Program-made: the position numbers and the translations under genes
In this document: positions 1 to 10,515 of the stretch, one piece after another
Layout of the letters: each line of letters opens with the position of its first letter
How positions within the stretch are numbered: the stretch's first letter is position 1
The notes under the pieces: generated by a model
Database searches by the model: none
The model's input: only the letters and a program-made list of their open reading frames with translations
What the model was told of the DNA's origin: nothing
NCBI GenBank assembly: GCA_964364715.1
Contig: CAYING010000003.1
Location: forward strand, 3,764-67,763
Length of the DNA stretch: 64,000 nt
Source: an uncultured Planctomycetales bacterium
GTDB taxonomy: Bacteria > Omnitrophota > Gorgyraeia > Zapsychrales > GWA2-47-8
Direction: 5' to 3'

Positions 1-1602
1 CGGCCTCATCAAAAGGGCCATCCCCTGCTGGGCGCGCGCTTCAACCGGCTCCGGGGTCCTCTGCTCGGGAAAAACCGCTTTATGAACTTTAAACATATCC
101 AAAGATGCTTTATACTCCCCGTCCACCGTTTTCGCAGACTTCCATGATATGTATTGAAAGATCCCGAAATCTCCCAAGGCGATCAATATCATCGCCGCGC
201 CGACGATCCATTGCGCATCTCCCAGCGATCGCGTTTCTTTTTTCCTGCCTTCGGTCAGCGCACAAAATACAGCGATCAATAAAAGCCCTGTCCCGTTCCA
301 GATCACTTTGAATGTATTCAAGTCCACCGGGATCTGCCTTATCCACTCGATCAGTGTGCGGCCGGAGACAATATTCTTTATATAAAGATCCGTCAGCCAA
401 GCTCCAGGGATCCGAAATGCATCAAACACAAAGATCAGGCCGGCCAAAAGGATCAGGATGGTCTTTATTTTTTGCCTTCCCCCCTGCTGCCAAAAATGAT
501 CCAGCCCAAACCCCGCGACGATCAAAATTAAGATATGCAAAAAATGGTACGTGTATCCGATGTGACGGTAATAAAACATCAACGGAAAATAATAAACAAG
601 GATCGCAAATATCCCGGCAAAGGACAGCCAAAGGATGCCCACCGCCGCTGAGGCAAAAGCCAGGAATATCTGCCCTCTCACTTTGAACAAGGCAAAAACA
701 AAAAAAACCAGCGTCAGGAATCCAACCGGCCGCTGAAAGATCTCCCAGCGCACGAAAGAGCCGAGGTCATAGATCCCGGCCCAGGTCAAAAACATCCCCA
801 AGCTGTTATGCCCGCCCGCATCGCGCGAACGCAGATCAACACTGACAATAAAATCTTTTAAGAGGACATAAAAACTGATGACCAGGCTGAGAAAGACGAG
901 AAAAAGCGCAAGATTGGCCCAGGACCGTTTGAACAGGCATTTAAAGACATCCTTTTGCCGCGGCCACAGGACAGCAAAAATGACCGTCAGCACAAAAAAC
1001 CACAGGCAGATATGATAGATCACCTCGCCTGTTTCCCAGAACATCACCGTGATCCCGGTCAGCCATAAATATTCCGGCTGTTTATTTTTAAAAAACATCA
1101 GCAGAAAATACGCGGCCATCGGGAACATATAAAATATGGAAAAGAAATAATACAGCTGGTAATACAGATCCGCACCGCAGGAAAAAGAAGCCAGGCAGAC
1201 GATAAAGGTTGTCGCCCGGCTGAAAAAGATCAGGCGGGAAAGTAAATACATTCCCAATAAGAATATAAATTGCTGAAAAAGAATAGAGAGTTTGAACAGC
1301 AGCAACACATTCTCAAAACGTACCACGGCCCCGATAAGCCCGGCCAGATAATTGAACGGCGTCAAGAACGCCAATTGCTCGTGGTTACTGAGAAGCCCGA
1401 AAGAATCATACGGCATCCATTGAGCGATCTCACCGTGGAAGAAAAAATTATTGTAAAAGAAATAAAACAGCTGAAAGCCGTACATCGAGTCGTGGGTCGG
1501 AACGTAAACATCCGGCAAATACGGAAGATTAATAAGGACTACGCTGAGGGCGAGAACCGCAAAATCCCAGCGCTGCAGTGTTTTTGTCAGATCTTTGAGC
1601 AT
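1..1602 (-). CDS. Polytopic membrane protein, YfhO/GT-C-like glycosyltransferase (partial, runs off the window start)
   Basis: Absent from the ORF track. Manual translation from the ATG at 1602 (MLKDLTKTLQRWDFAVLALSVVLINLPYLPDVYVPTHDSMYGF...) stays open to base 1. It has many TM segments and an N-terminal 'HD..Y...W.PY..FG' loop typical of YfhO-like GT-C proteins, and it overlaps the stop of the upstream GT2 gene. Confidence 0.7.
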   Translation of the reverse strand, partial: MLKDLTKTLQRWDFAVLALSVVLINLPYLPDVYVPTHDSMYGFQLFYFFYNNFFFHGEIAQWMPYDSFGLLSNHEQLAFLTPFNYLAGLIGAVVRFENVLLLFKLSILFQQFIFLLGMYLLSRLIFFSRATTFIVCLASFSCGADLYYQLYYFFSIFYMFPMAAYFLLMFFKNKQPEYLWLTGITVMFWETGEVIYHICLWFFVLTVIFAVLWPRQKDVFKCLFKRSWANLALFLVFLSLVISFYVLLKDFIVSVDLRSRDAGGHNSLGMFLTWAGIYDLGSFVRWEIFQRPVGFLTLVFFVFALFKVRGQIFLAFASAAVGILWLSFAGIFAILVYYFPLMFYYRHIGYTYHFLHILILIVAGFGLDHFWQQGGRQKIKTILILLAGLIFVFDAFRIPGAWLTDLYIKNIVSGRTLIEWIRQIPVDLNTFKVIWNGTGLLLIAVFCALTEGRKKETRSLGDAQWIVGAAMILIALGDFGIFQYISWKSAKTVDGEYKASLDMFKVHKAVFPEQRTPEPVEARAQQGMALLMRP

Positions 1603-3086
1603 ATCCGTCTTCCTGCCAGCCGGCATAACAGCCGGAAATAATTCGGCCCGGTCATCAGGATCTTGAACGACGACAAACCCATATTGGCCGAGCGGTTCAT
1701 CCAGGAGATCGGGACTTCCGCGACCTTGAATCCCATGAGCAAAGGCTTGATCCCGGTCTCGGCATTGGCCGCAAAGTCATTAAATTCTATATTAAGCTTT
1801 TCTGCGGCCTCGCGCTTCAATATTTTCAAATTATTGGTCAGGTCGCGAAAGTGCCTCCCAAGAAAAATATTTGCCAGGCAATGGAACGCGCGGTTAGCGA
1901 TGATCTTCGTGAACGGATAATTCAAAAGGACCGATTCCCGGGAAAAACGCGAGCCCACCGCCACCTCCGCCCCGTTTTTTACCGCATCAAAAAGGTCCCG
2001 CATCTCCGGGATGATCGCCCGGAAATCGCAATCCATCAGCACAATATAATCGCCTTTCGCGTTCTTAAGCCCGTCGCGCAACGCCGCCCCGACGCCGTTT
2101 ACGCCGGAACGCCTGACCAACCGCACTCGCTGATCGCGCGCCGCGGCCGTTTCCGTCATTTCCGCAGTTTTGTCCGTTGAGTTATCGTCGACAATAATGA
2201 TCTCCAGAATATAAGAATTATAAAAGTCCCGCAAACCATTGATCAGCGGCACAATGTTCATCTCTTCGTTGCGGCACGGAATGACGAAAGAAACTTTCCC
2301 TTGAAACATCGCGTGCTCGGCGAGGTCCATGACCGGAGGCTGATGATCATCCGCCGCGGAGTGCCGCGCCCAGATGAACAAGGACCCGGCAAAATTTCGG
2401 ATACCCGGACAATTTTCCATGATCAGGCTTAAATGTTGCGCCGGCCAAAGCAGGAATTTAGGAATCGGCGAATAAAGAAAATCGTACGGCAGGGCATGGA
2501 TTTGGGTAAAACCGATCTCGGAAAAAACGGAATAGATCTGCAGAAGATCCAGCGAAATAGATTCTGCCGGGCGTTTCCATTTGAACGGGAGTAATTTTTG
2601 AACAAAACGCCGCGCCCGGTAATACGGATTCCAGGGGTTCTGCTCAAACAACAATAATCCGCCGTCGGGGTTCATCAGCTTCTTGACTTCTTCCAGAAAA
2701 AGGTCCCTCACGTCGTTATTGAGCATCTGGTGGGCGACGACATAATCGAACCTTTCCTCTGCCAACTGTCCTGGAAAATCTTTCAAGAGACAGGGTTTCA
2801 CATTCTTTACGGGAGCGCTGGGCTCGAGGCGCTTCAGATATTCTTCGTCAAAAATAACCGCCGTGATCGGGCACTCATAACGGGTCGCCTTGGCCAGTTC
2901 CTTCGTGAATTTCCCGTCGCCGGCGCCGATCTCCAGGATCCTTTGCCCGGGAAGGATATGGAACAGATGCCGTGTGGTCGCCGCCCGCCAGAACATCCTT
3001 TGATCAATAAAATGATCATAATGGTCCCAATACCCCATCCTGGTTCTTTCCTGCATCGCCAGCTTCTCAGCGAGCTCTCGTCCCAT
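1587..3086 (-). CDS. Fusion of a class I SAM methyltransferase domain and a GT2 polyprenyl-phosphate glycosyltransferase (DPM1-like)
   Basis: N-terminal ILEIGAGDG motif; C-terminal VSFVIPCRNEE, IIVDDNSTDKT, MDCD and VGSRF motifs. Confidence 0.85.
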   Translation of the reverse strand: MGRELAEKLAMQERTRMGYWDHYDHFIDQRMFWRAATTRHLFHILPGQRILEIGAGDGKFTKELAKATRYECPITAVIFDEEYLKRLEPSAPVKNVKPCLLKDFPGQLAEERFDYVVAHQMLNNDVRDLFLEEVKKLMNPDGGLLLFEQNPWNPYYRARRFVQKLLPFKWKRPAESISLDLLQIYSVFSEIGFTQIHALPYDFLYSPIPKFLLWPAQHLSLIMENCPGIRNFAGSLFIWARHSAADDHQPPVMDLAEHAMFQGKVSFVIPCRNEEMNIVPLINGLRDFYNSYILEIIIVDDNSTDKTAEMTETAAARDQRVRLVRRSGVNGVGAALRDGLKNAKGDYIVLMDCDFRAIIPEMRDLFDAVKNGAEVAVGSRFSRESVLLNYPFTKIIANRAFHCLANIFLGRHFRDLTNNLKILKREAAEKLNIEFNDFAANAETGIKPLLMGFKVAEVPISWMNRSANMGLSSFKILMTGPNYFRLLCRLAGRRICSKI

Positions 3087-3818
3087 CTACTTTGTCCCCC
3101 GAACCATAAAATACGGCGCGATCTTTTTTAACATTGCCTTTTTTTCCCAAGAACGCTCGACGTTCAAGAGCAGCGGAAATGCATCGATCAAAAACGGAGG
3201 AAAAAATCCGAATTGTTCATAAGCGACCTGCCGCAGATTGTTCCGCTGAAAGACGGCCTGGATATTCTCCGGCGTGCTTTTGGATTTATTTTTCTCCGCC
3301 TGCCATCCGCGGTCGAGGATCGTATCGATCATGTGCAGCGGATTCCCGGCATGCGGTTCCAAAAACGCCGCCGTCCCTCCGGTCCGTAGACACGGCAAAA
3401 GTTTTCTTAAATGATCTTCGACATCGTATAAATGGTGCAGGACATTGAACCCGATGATAAGGTCGAATTGCCCCGGAGACGGATCGAAATGATCGAGATC
3501 CGCGCAGATCAGCTCAAAACCTTTCAGATCCAACACAGCGGCATCTTCGCGGAATTTCTTGAGCATCCGTTCGGAGATATCGATCCCGGTCAGCTGGTAA
3601 CCGGATTTGATCAGCGGGATCGAATAGCGCCCGGCCCCGCAGCCGATCTCCAATATTTTCAGATCTCTCTTCAGCCCGGCAAATGCAATAAAACGCTCCA
3701 GGATATTACCTGCAAAGAATGAACGCTCCGAGAACCACATCCGCTTATGGTCCCGCTGATCATAAAATTGCTTTTGAGTTTCGTTCCAGTTTTGAATTAT
3801 CGGCTGTTCTGAAGGCAT
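3087..3818 (-). CDS. Class I SAM-dependent methyltransferase
   Basis: ILEIGCGAG, GIDIS and FDLIIGFNVLHH motifs. Confidence 0.85.
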   Translation of the reverse strand: MPSEQPIIQNWNETQKQFYDQRDHKRMWFSERSFFAGNILERFIAFAGLKRDLKILEIGCGAGRYSIPLIKSGYQLTGIDISERMLKKFREDAAVLDLKGFELICADLDHFDPSPGQFDLIIGFNVLHHLYDVEDHLRKLLPCLRTGGTAAFLEPHAGNPLHMIDTILDRGWQAEKNKSKSTPENIQAVFQRNNLRQVAYEQFGFFPPFLIDAFPLLLNVERSWEKKAMLKKIAPYFMVRGTK

Positions 3819-3845
3819 ATCTGAAAAAATACCGTGCCAAGAAAC

Positions 3846-6557
3846 TTATAACAAAATACGAATATGGACATCCCCGTCTGCGTTAACGATCGCGGAACGG
3901 GAAATTTTAATGATGGTGCCGGATCCTTTTGCAACAGGGACAGCTGATCCGTTCAAAATGACCTCGGAGATCTGATAGTGAGGAAAGTCTTTTCGTCTCG
4001 AATTTAAATAAGCGATGTGAAGCTTTTTCCCTGCGAAATGGCACACGACACTCGCCTCGCCCTTTTTATTGAATTCTTCTTTGACCAATTTCGGGGACAG
4101 GATCAGATCGCCGCCTTCCCCGCGCACGCCGAAGGCCTGGGTCAATTGGGTCAAGACCAGCCAGCTCGCTGATCCGGTCAGATAGTGGTACATCCCTTTG
4201 CCGTTCGAATCGAAATATTCCGGGATGCCCGGATAAATCTTGCTTCGGCCGGTGTCCGCGCACATTTTAAAGATCGAATTCAAAACCTGATAACCTTCCC
4301 GGACAAACCCGCGTGAATAGAGCGCGTACGCGTACATCACGATCATATGGCTGAAAAAAGCGCCGTTCTCTTTTGTCCCGTAGGCAAAGCCGAACGCCCG
4401 CCCCAGATCAAGATAATGGTCCAAGCCGAAATCCGTGTTCAGACGGTATCCGCCGAGTTTTTTATCGCGCAGGAAACGATCCACGCTGGCAATGACATTC
4501 TTCGTTTCATTCTCATCCGCCAAGCCGCTCATCACCGCGAAGACCTGTCCGGTCAGCGTCATCCAGACGCGGCTGTCTTTCTTTCCTTCGACGCGCGCGC
4601 CGCTGTTGTCGTAGTAACCGTTGAACCAGGTGTAAGATTTTTGTTTTTCCTGAACGGAAACTTTTTCATGATGTTTGATGTGATTAAATATCCACGCCCC
4701 CTTGCGGCGGAGATCTTTCACCACGTCGGATATTTTCAATTTCTCCTGCGCCCCGCTTAACTCCGGTTGAACGCTGTTAAAATATTTTTGGCACAAAAGT
4801 TCGCGTTTAGCTTCCACTGAACCGTAATCGCACGGGGTTTCCGCCAAAGTATCCAAAAGCATTTTCAATTCCTGAGCGACAAAAACAGTGTCGATTTTAT
4901 TAACTTTGGCCAAATGCTCCAAAAGGTCAGCGATCCCGAGGAGGTTGCCGCCGTAAAAGGACATAAACGCCACACTCTCGCCGCGGTGCGGGGCCATATC
5001 GAGCCCGTCGTTCCAGTCGGCATTTTCCAAGCGCGTGATATTATGTTCGCCCACGTTAAAAAACTGCACCAAATTCTGCACAAGGATATGCTCGAGCACC
5101 GTCCCCTGATAAATGTGCCCTTCCTTGGATTTCAGTTTATTGCCGTACGCCGGATGCCAGGTGAGATCTTTTTCCTTGGCCCGGGATTGCTGGGTATCGC
5201 GAAAATAAGCGGCCTTTTCTAAAAGAAAATCATAATCCCCGGTCTGATTGATATATAAAAGGGTGGTCAGAAACGGCCAGGCGCCGTGATCCATCCAAAC
5301 GCGGGTAATCATATTACGGTCCGCGATAAATTCGCCCGGCTTGGAGCCGATGATCGTCGCGTTCGACCCGTCGATGCGCACGCCGGAGAAATTATTCAAA
5401 AGGCTTTCCCTGACGTGCTCCGGCTCGATCAAAAGCAAGGACAAAAGGTCCTGCCATAGATCGCGCCAGCCTTTGCCGCCTTTGCCGTAATCATGGTCGG
5501 GCAGATAAGAATTCCCGAAGATCCGCCGGAGGACCGGCTGTAAAGTTACCCAGCGCATCCAGGAATCGAATTCTTTATTTCCGGTCGAAAAAATAATAGA
5601 GCGGGTCTTATATTCCCAAAATGTTTTGTTGTTGATCAGGGCTTCGTCAAAATCCGCCGGGGTCTGGAATTCGCGGAACATTTTAAGCGCCTGCTCCTTG
5701 CTTTTGGCAACGCCCGACACCAGGAGATATTCACACGACTTCCCCGGCCGCAAAGTCTCATCGCTAAAACGCAGCGCCCCCGCGGCTTCTTTCCCGTCGG
5801 TCAGATTCTTAGGCAGCTTGGCGGGTTTTAAATTCTGCGCGACCGCTTTCGGCCTTGTCCACGTGCCCTCCTCCCCGCAGAAACTTTCTATCGTCGGGAA
5901 AGTCCCTGACGGTTTCTTGCCGCGGGAATTTATCCCGAACACGAAATACGCGCTGCCGCCGGCCAAATGCTCCTCTTCATTAAAAACCATCGTCGGAGCG
6001 ACTATCACCCCTTCCTTGAGCTGCTCTGTCCGCTGAAAAAGGGACGTGACGTGTTCGTGATCGTGTTTGTTCGCCAGCGCGCGGCCGAAAATGGGGACAA
6101 ACGCGGTCGGCGTGATCTTAAAAGATTTTCTCCCGCTATTTTTGACCGTCACCCGCATCAGCTCGACGGTCTCTCCGGAAATCGGGATAAAATTCACCGC
6201 CTGGATCTCCAGCCCGGCGGCCTTATGCCGGCGGATCAATTTATGCCACAGCTGTCCGGCTTCAATAGACGATTTATCTTCCTTATCGCTGGGGCAAGCT
6301 AAAGAAAAAATTCCTTTGCCGGCAACGTTCACAAAGAAATTCCTGACCGGAGTCCGCAGATCCTCGGTCGAAACCGGCTTGGTCAGGTAATGATATTTGT
6401 CGATCTTGATGTCGCCGCTCAAGTTGGGGCTGATCGAAGATTTGAGGCTGAAGGAATCGATCCCGCAGAGCGGCGCGTACACCGTGCGCAAGACCAAGGC
6501 CTTGCCGGATGTGAACGAAACTCCGTCGGGAAGATAGCTGTAAAGTTTATTTTTCAT
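3846..6557 (-). CDS. GH94-like glycoside phosphorylase (cellobiose phosphorylase family)
   Basis: GWRDLWQD, ADWNDGLD, KENGAFFSH, PEYF and LTGSASW motifs; 903 aa. Confidence 0.8.
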   Translation of the reverse strand: MKNKLYSYLPDGVSFTSGKALVLRTVYAPLCGIDSFSLKSSISPNLSGDIKIDKYHYLTKPVSTEDLRTPVRNFFVNVAGKGIFSLACPSDKEDKSSIEAGQLWHKLIRRHKAAGLEIQAVNFIPISGETVELMRVTVKNSGRKSFKITPTAFVPIFGRALANKHDHEHVTSLFQRTEQLKEGVIVAPTMVFNEEEHLAGGSAYFVFGINSRGKKPSGTFPTIESFCGEEGTWTRPKAVAQNLKPAKLPKNLTDGKEAAGALRFSDETLRPGKSCEYLLVSGVAKSKEQALKMFREFQTPADFDEALINNKTFWEYKTRSIIFSTGNKEFDSWMRWVTLQPVLRRIFGNSYLPDHDYGKGGKGWRDLWQDLLSLLLIEPEHVRESLLNNFSGVRIDGSNATIIGSKPGEFIADRNMITRVWMDHGAWPFLTTLLYINQTGDYDFLLEKAAYFRDTQQSRAKEKDLTWHPAYGNKLKSKEGHIYQGTVLEHILVQNLVQFFNVGEHNITRLENADWNDGLDMAPHRGESVAFMSFYGGNLLGIADLLEHLAKVNKIDTVFVAQELKMLLDTLAETPCDYGSVEAKRELLCQKYFNSVQPELSGAQEKLKISDVVKDLRRKGAWIFNHIKHHEKVSVQEKQKSYTWFNGYYDNSGARVEGKKDSRVWMTLTGQVFAVMSGLADENETKNVIASVDRFLRDKKLGGYRLNTDFGLDHYLDLGRAFGFAYGTKENGAFFSHMIVMYAYALYSRGFVREGYQVLNSIFKMCADTGRSKIYPGIPEYFDSNGKGMYHYLTGSASWLVLTQLTQAFGVRGEGGDLILSPKLVKEEFNKKGEASVVCHFAGKKLHIAYLNSRRKDFPHYQISEVILNGSAVPVAKGSGTIIKISRSAIVNADGDVHIRILL

Positions 6558-6591
6558 TGAAAACTTATTGTATCATTTTTTCTGGAATCCG

Positions 6592-7215
6592 CTAGAAAAG
6601 AACCAAAAGATCACTCGGGTTTTGCAGCAAAAAATCCGGTTTATGTTCCGCCAGCGCGTCGCGTGAATTATAGCCCCACGTTACTGCCGCCACTTTTATT
6701 CCCAAACGTCTCGCTGCCACGACATCGCGGATCTCATCGCCGACATAAATGACCTCATCCTTCGGCAGTTTTCTTTGCCGGATCAAACTCTGAAGAGAGA
6801 TATTCTTCCCCCATATCCTGGACGTCGAATGGATGAATTCAAAAAAATCCAGCCCGTGCTGCTGCAGGACCAGCGAAACATTTTCCCGGGAATTCGACGA
6901 CAGTACCCCCATCCGGGCTCCCCGGGTTTTCAATTTTTCCAATGAATCCTTCAGCCCGTCAACAATCTCGATATTCCCGATACCTTTTTGATATTCTCTT
7001 TTCGCGCGGGCTGCAATGGCGGGGATCTTCAGTGTCGGCACATGGAGATAGGCGATGACCTCTTGAGAAGTCTTCCCTCTCAAAAACTCTATGTCCTTAG
7101 GCTCGATACGTTTATAACAAAATTCCCGGCAGATCCGGTTGCTGATCTCGCACATATACAGGTATGTATCCGCGATCGTCCCGTCAAAATCAAAAAGCAA
7201 AATGGAATTACTCAT
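6592..7215 (-). CDS. HAD-superfamily hydrolase (phosphoglycolate phosphatase-like)
   Basis: FDFDGTIADT motif I, LSSN, YVGDEIRD and VTWGYN. Start moved to the ATG at 7215. Confidence 0.85.
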   Translation of the reverse strand: MSNSILLFDFDGTIADTYLYMCEISNRICREFCYKRIEPKDIEFLRGKTSQEVIAYLHVPTLKIPAIAARAKREYQKGIGNIEIVDGLKDSLEKLKTRGARMGVLSSNSRENVSLVLQQHGLDFFEFIHSTSRIWGKNISLQSLIRQRKLPKDEVIYVGDEIRDVVAARRLGIKVAAVTWGYNSRDALAEHKPDFLLQNPSDLLVLF

Positions 7216-7309
7216 ACCGCTGTATGCTATCAATTCTTCCTCGAGATGTCTATAATTGTTTGAGTGTAAAGCATCTTTGCTGCGAATTAAGAAGCTGATC
7301 AATACTTAA

Positions 7310-7381
7310 TTAATCATCTCCGCCGTAGAGTTCCGCACCCCTAATATCTTTTAGGTCATCAATAATAAGGATTTTCTTCAT
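7310..7381 (-). pseudogene. 23-codon remnant resembling the N-terminus of a response-regulator receiver domain
   Basis: Reads MKKILIIDDLKDIRGAELYGGDD*; its ATG is the terminal CAT of repeat copy 1. Confidence 0.4.
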
Positions 7382-7495
7382 CCCAATTTTCCTCTATAAA
7401 ATCCCAATTATCATTAGATGAAATTGGGATAAGTACCCCGCCAATGACGCGGGGCAGGCTTGTTACATCTAAAAATATCCAGGGAGAACAAGTAC
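7379..7495 (-). repeat. Double-hairpin leader element, copy 1 (with nested 23-bp GC hairpin at 7436-7458)
   Basis: catcccaattttcctcta...ttagatgaaattgggataagta[ins]cttgttacatctaa...ggagaacaagtac; near-identical to 40997-41090, 48043-48157 and 48157-48269. Confidence 0.9.
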
Positions 7496-7504
7496 ATGGG
7501 CATT

Positions 7505-7744
7505 CTAACCGTTGATAAGCTTCACTTTTTTCTTTTTAGGCCAGCGTTTGATCTGGGCCTCGCGTTTCATGGCGCGGGATTGAGTGCGGAGTTTTGCGGT
7601 ATAGCGAAGTTCTTTGAACCCGAAGATCTTGGTGAATTTGGCGCCGCGGCCGGCCTTGTGGGCCTTCATCCGGCGTTCAACATTATTGGTAATGCCGGTG
7701 TACAATCTTCCGTCCATCGTTTCGAGAATATAGACGTACCACAT
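7505..7744 (-). CDS. GIY-YIG nuclease family protein (YhbQ/UPF0213-like)
   Basis: MWYVYIL...LYTGITNNVERR..H..G.GAKFT and A.KRE.QIK motifs. Confidence 0.9.
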   Translation of the reverse strand: MWYVYILETMDGRLYTGITNNVERRMKAHKAGRGAKFTKIFGFKELRYTAKLRTQSRAMKREAQIKRWPKKKKVKLING

Positions 7745-7746
7745 TT

Positions 7747-8400
7747 TTAAGGGGATTTTTCTAACCTCTTCGGAAGAGGACAAACCAGAGGTTTTTTGTC
7801 CCAGGTTTCTTTAATAAAGCCTTCTCTACCGGAACCGATCCGGTACATCTTGTAATGGCCGGGCTGTTTTTTAGAATAGTCCTGGTGATATTCTTCCGCC
7901 GGATAAAATCTTGAGGCCATGCGGATCTCGGTCACGGCCGGCTTGCCGAACATCCCGCTCTTATCCAGATTTGCCTTGGATTCTTCGGCGATCTTTTCCT
8001 GTTCTTCAGTAAAATAACAAATGGCTGTCTGATATTGGGAACCGCGGTCGGCAAATTGTCCGCCCGCGTCGGTCGGGTCGATCTGCCGCCAAAAAACGTT
8101 CAAAAGTTCTTCATAAAAAATTTGCGCCGGATCGTAAGTGACCTCGACCGCTTCCAAATGTCCGGTCGCGCCGGAAGAAACTTCCGAGTAGGCCGGGTCT
8201 TGTTCATCGCCGCCGGTGTAACCGGAAACCGCGCCGACCACACCAGGCAATTCTTTAAAAACAGATTCAATGCACCAGAAACATCCGCCGGCAAAAATGG
8301 CTTTCTCAGGATCCATCGTTTTCTCCTCCTCAGCATGACCAGGGCCAATCATGTGGCACAGCAGGAACAACACTAATATAAGTTTTACTTTCATAAACAT
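7747..8400 (-). CDS. msrA: Peptide-methionine (S)-S-oxide reductase, exported
   Basis: FAGGCFWC active site, GGQFADRGSQY and AEEYHQDY; N-terminal signal peptide. Confidence 0.95.
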   Translation of the reverse strand: MFMKVKLILVLFLLCHMIGPGHAEEEKTMDPEKAIFAGGCFWCIESVFKELPGVVGAVSGYTGGDEQDPAYSEVSSGATGHLEAVEVTYDPAQIFYEELLNVFWRQIDPTDAGGQFADRGSQYQTAICYFTEEQEKIAEESKANLDKSGMFGKPAVTEIRMASRFYPAEEYHQDYSKKQPGHYKMYRIGSGREGFIKETWDKKPLVCPLPKRLEKSP

Positions 8401-8493
8401 ATCTTAACCGCAATTACCACCTTAGCAAATTAAAAATAAATCCTTCTCCTATTCCAGGAGGCGCATCATTGGCATTCAGCTTTTAATCTGACG

Positions 8494-8540
8494 CACAATA
8501 TAAAAGGCGCCCGCCTTAGGCGGACGCCTTTTATATTGTG
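8494..8540. terminator. Long bidirectional terminator hairpin ending the cytochrome cluster
   Basis: Perfect 16-bp inverted repeat cacaatataaaaggcg/cgccttttatattgtg; its loop is itself a REP-like ccgcc-tta-ggcgg hairpin. Confidence 0.8.
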
Positions 8541-8559
8541 TCCATAAATCAAAAAAATC

Positions 8560-10515
8560 TTAAAACTTCATCCCTTTTTTGCCTAAAACGATCAGCCCGG
8601 CCGCGACAAAAATACTTTCTGCAATCACATACAGCGCCAAAGTATTCGCTATGCCCGACGTGAAACCATATGAATGCAAACCCACGCTCAGCAAATTCAC
8701 CCCGAACCACGCCCACATCACGACGATCAGCAAAAACACACTCCCGGCCGCCATGCCGAGCGGATTGATCAATTTACTGATCCGGGCATGCAGGAGAATA
8801 GCGCACCAGAGGACGATGAGCAAAGCACCGTTCTCTTTGGGGTCCCAACCCCAAAAACGCCCCCAGGATTGGTCCGCCCAGATACCGCCCAGCGCCGTTC
8901 CCAGCAAGGTCATGGTCAATCCGAACCCGATAATGCCGAACATATTGCTAAAAGTTATTTCCAAACGCTTTTTATCATTCGGTTTACTGAGGGCCTGCAG
9001 GATATAAATATGCCCCATGATGCCGGCCACACAGCACCCCGCATAACCGATGGTGATCGAGATCACATGCGTGCTCAGCCAAAAATTCGAGTTCAGGACC
9101 GCCACCAGCATCTGCATCGTATCCCCGTCGCTGTTAAATTTTCCAGCGACGAACAACGCAACCAGCCCGGAAACACCGGAGACCACCAGCCCCATCCAAT
9201 TTTTATTCACCATCTCAAGGATAAACCCTAACAAAACACTGATCAGGCCCACAAAGATGAACGTTTCATAAAGGTTACTCACCGGCGGACGGGACATGAT
9301 CAATATCCGCAAGATCAAAGCGCCCAAATGCGGAATGAATCCCGCGGCTACGGAAAATACCGCGGCGCGGTACAGCCATTTTTTATCGGACATAAGAGAA
9401 GACAAAAACAAGATAAAAACGGCCGCATAGAAAAGCTCTGCCCAGGCGAACAAATTCAGTTTATTATAGAGAAGCTCCAGCGGAAATCTTTTCACCGCGT
9501 TCTTTTCTTTGGAAGAAAGCCGTTTACCGACGGAATCCATAAAACTCCGCCCCGCCAGGTCAAATTCAAGCTGCGATCCTGACCAATACGCAAGCGTCAT
9601 ATCACGGATGCTTTTCACTTCCGAATGATATTCCGGATCAAAATACCCGATATTGATCGTGTCCATGGGGCTCATCCACTGCTCATCGTCGTGGCTCTTG
9701 GTGGGAATGATCCCCAAGGGGCAATTGGCATAATTCTGCGTCCAGAAGAACAGGCCGTTCACTAAACCGAGAAAGACTTTATCGGCATCGGTCCAGGATT
9801 CTTTAGGCTTTCGCTCTAACGGTTCCGTGACCTTCTGTAAAGGATCCGACTTCTCAAGAATATCAAAAAAGCTGAACTCGCTTTGGTCTTTCGGCAGTTC
9901 CAGCGCCTCAAGGACCTCGGGTGTCGTGATCGTAAAATCCGGATGATGGAAACCGTAACTGAACGCCCCGGACAATTGGACATAGAGCCGGAGGTTGCTG
10001 AAAACCCGCAGCAGCTCCCGGTCGACGACAGATTGGCTCTTTTCATCGATCGCATTGGCGCTCATCGCCAGCTCTTGAAGCTTTGCGTAACCCGGTTCCA
10101 GCTGCTGATAGGAATAGCGCCTCTTTTTATCCAGCTCGATCTGCAGGGCTTCGGCGATCTCCGGGTTATTGATCAAAAAAACCTTGTCCTTGAAGGTCGT
10201 CCGCGGGGCGAATAAAAACCGCGCGAACCACACGAGCGCGGATTCTTTCTCATAATGTTTTTTCCCGGAAAGCTGGATCAAAAAACTTTCGGCATATGTA
10301 TCCAGCGGCTTGATCCGGCCCTGGTTCACAATAGGGATCCGCTTAAAGGTTTCCAGCGAATTGGCCTTTTCGGGTTTAAGATTATTGAGCGGACAAAACT
10401 GCTGAGCGGAAATGGCCTGCGGGAACAAAATCCCCAGGAAGAACAGGACTGCTATGCATCCTGCGAAGCTCAATCGAATATTTTTATTTTCCTTCATCCA
10501 CATAAGGCGATTCAA
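8560..10515 (-). CDS. ccsA: Cytochrome c maturation system II heme lyase CcsA, long form with N-terminal periplasmic domain
   Basis: WWD domain GGIWADQSWGRFWGWDPKE, WLSTHV and GLHSY; N-terminal GRIKPLDT domain. Confidence 0.9.
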   Translation of the reverse strand: MNRLMWMKENKNIRLSFAGCIAVLFFLGILFPQAISAQQFCPLNNLKPEKANSLETFKRIPIVNQGRIKPLDTYAESFLIQLSGKKHYEKESALVWFARFLFAPRTTFKDKVFLINNPEIAEALQIELDKKRRYSYQQLEPGYAKLQELAMSANAIDEKSQSVVDRELLRVFSNLRLYVQLSGAFSYGFHHPDFTITTPEVLEALELPKDQSEFSFFDILEKSDPLQKVTEPLERKPKESWTDADKVFLGLVNGLFFWTQNYANCPLGIIPTKSHDDEQWMSPMDTINIGYFDPEYHSEVKSIRDMTLAYWSGSQLEFDLAGRSFMDSVGKRLSSKEKNAVKRFPLELLYNKLNLFAWAELFYAAVFILFLSSLMSDKKWLYRAAVFSVAAGFIPHLGALILRILIMSRPPVSNLYETFIFVGLISVLLGFILEMVNKNWMGLVVSGVSGLVALFVAGKFNSDGDTMQMLVAVLNSNFWLSTHVISITIGYAGCCVAGIMGHIYILQALSKPNDKKRLEITFSNMFGIIGFGLTMTLLGTALGGIWADQSWGRFWGWDPKENGALLIVLWCAILLHARISKLINPLGMAAGSVFLLIVVMWAWFGVNLLSVGLHSYGFTSGIANTLALYVIAESIFVAAGLIVLGKKGMKF

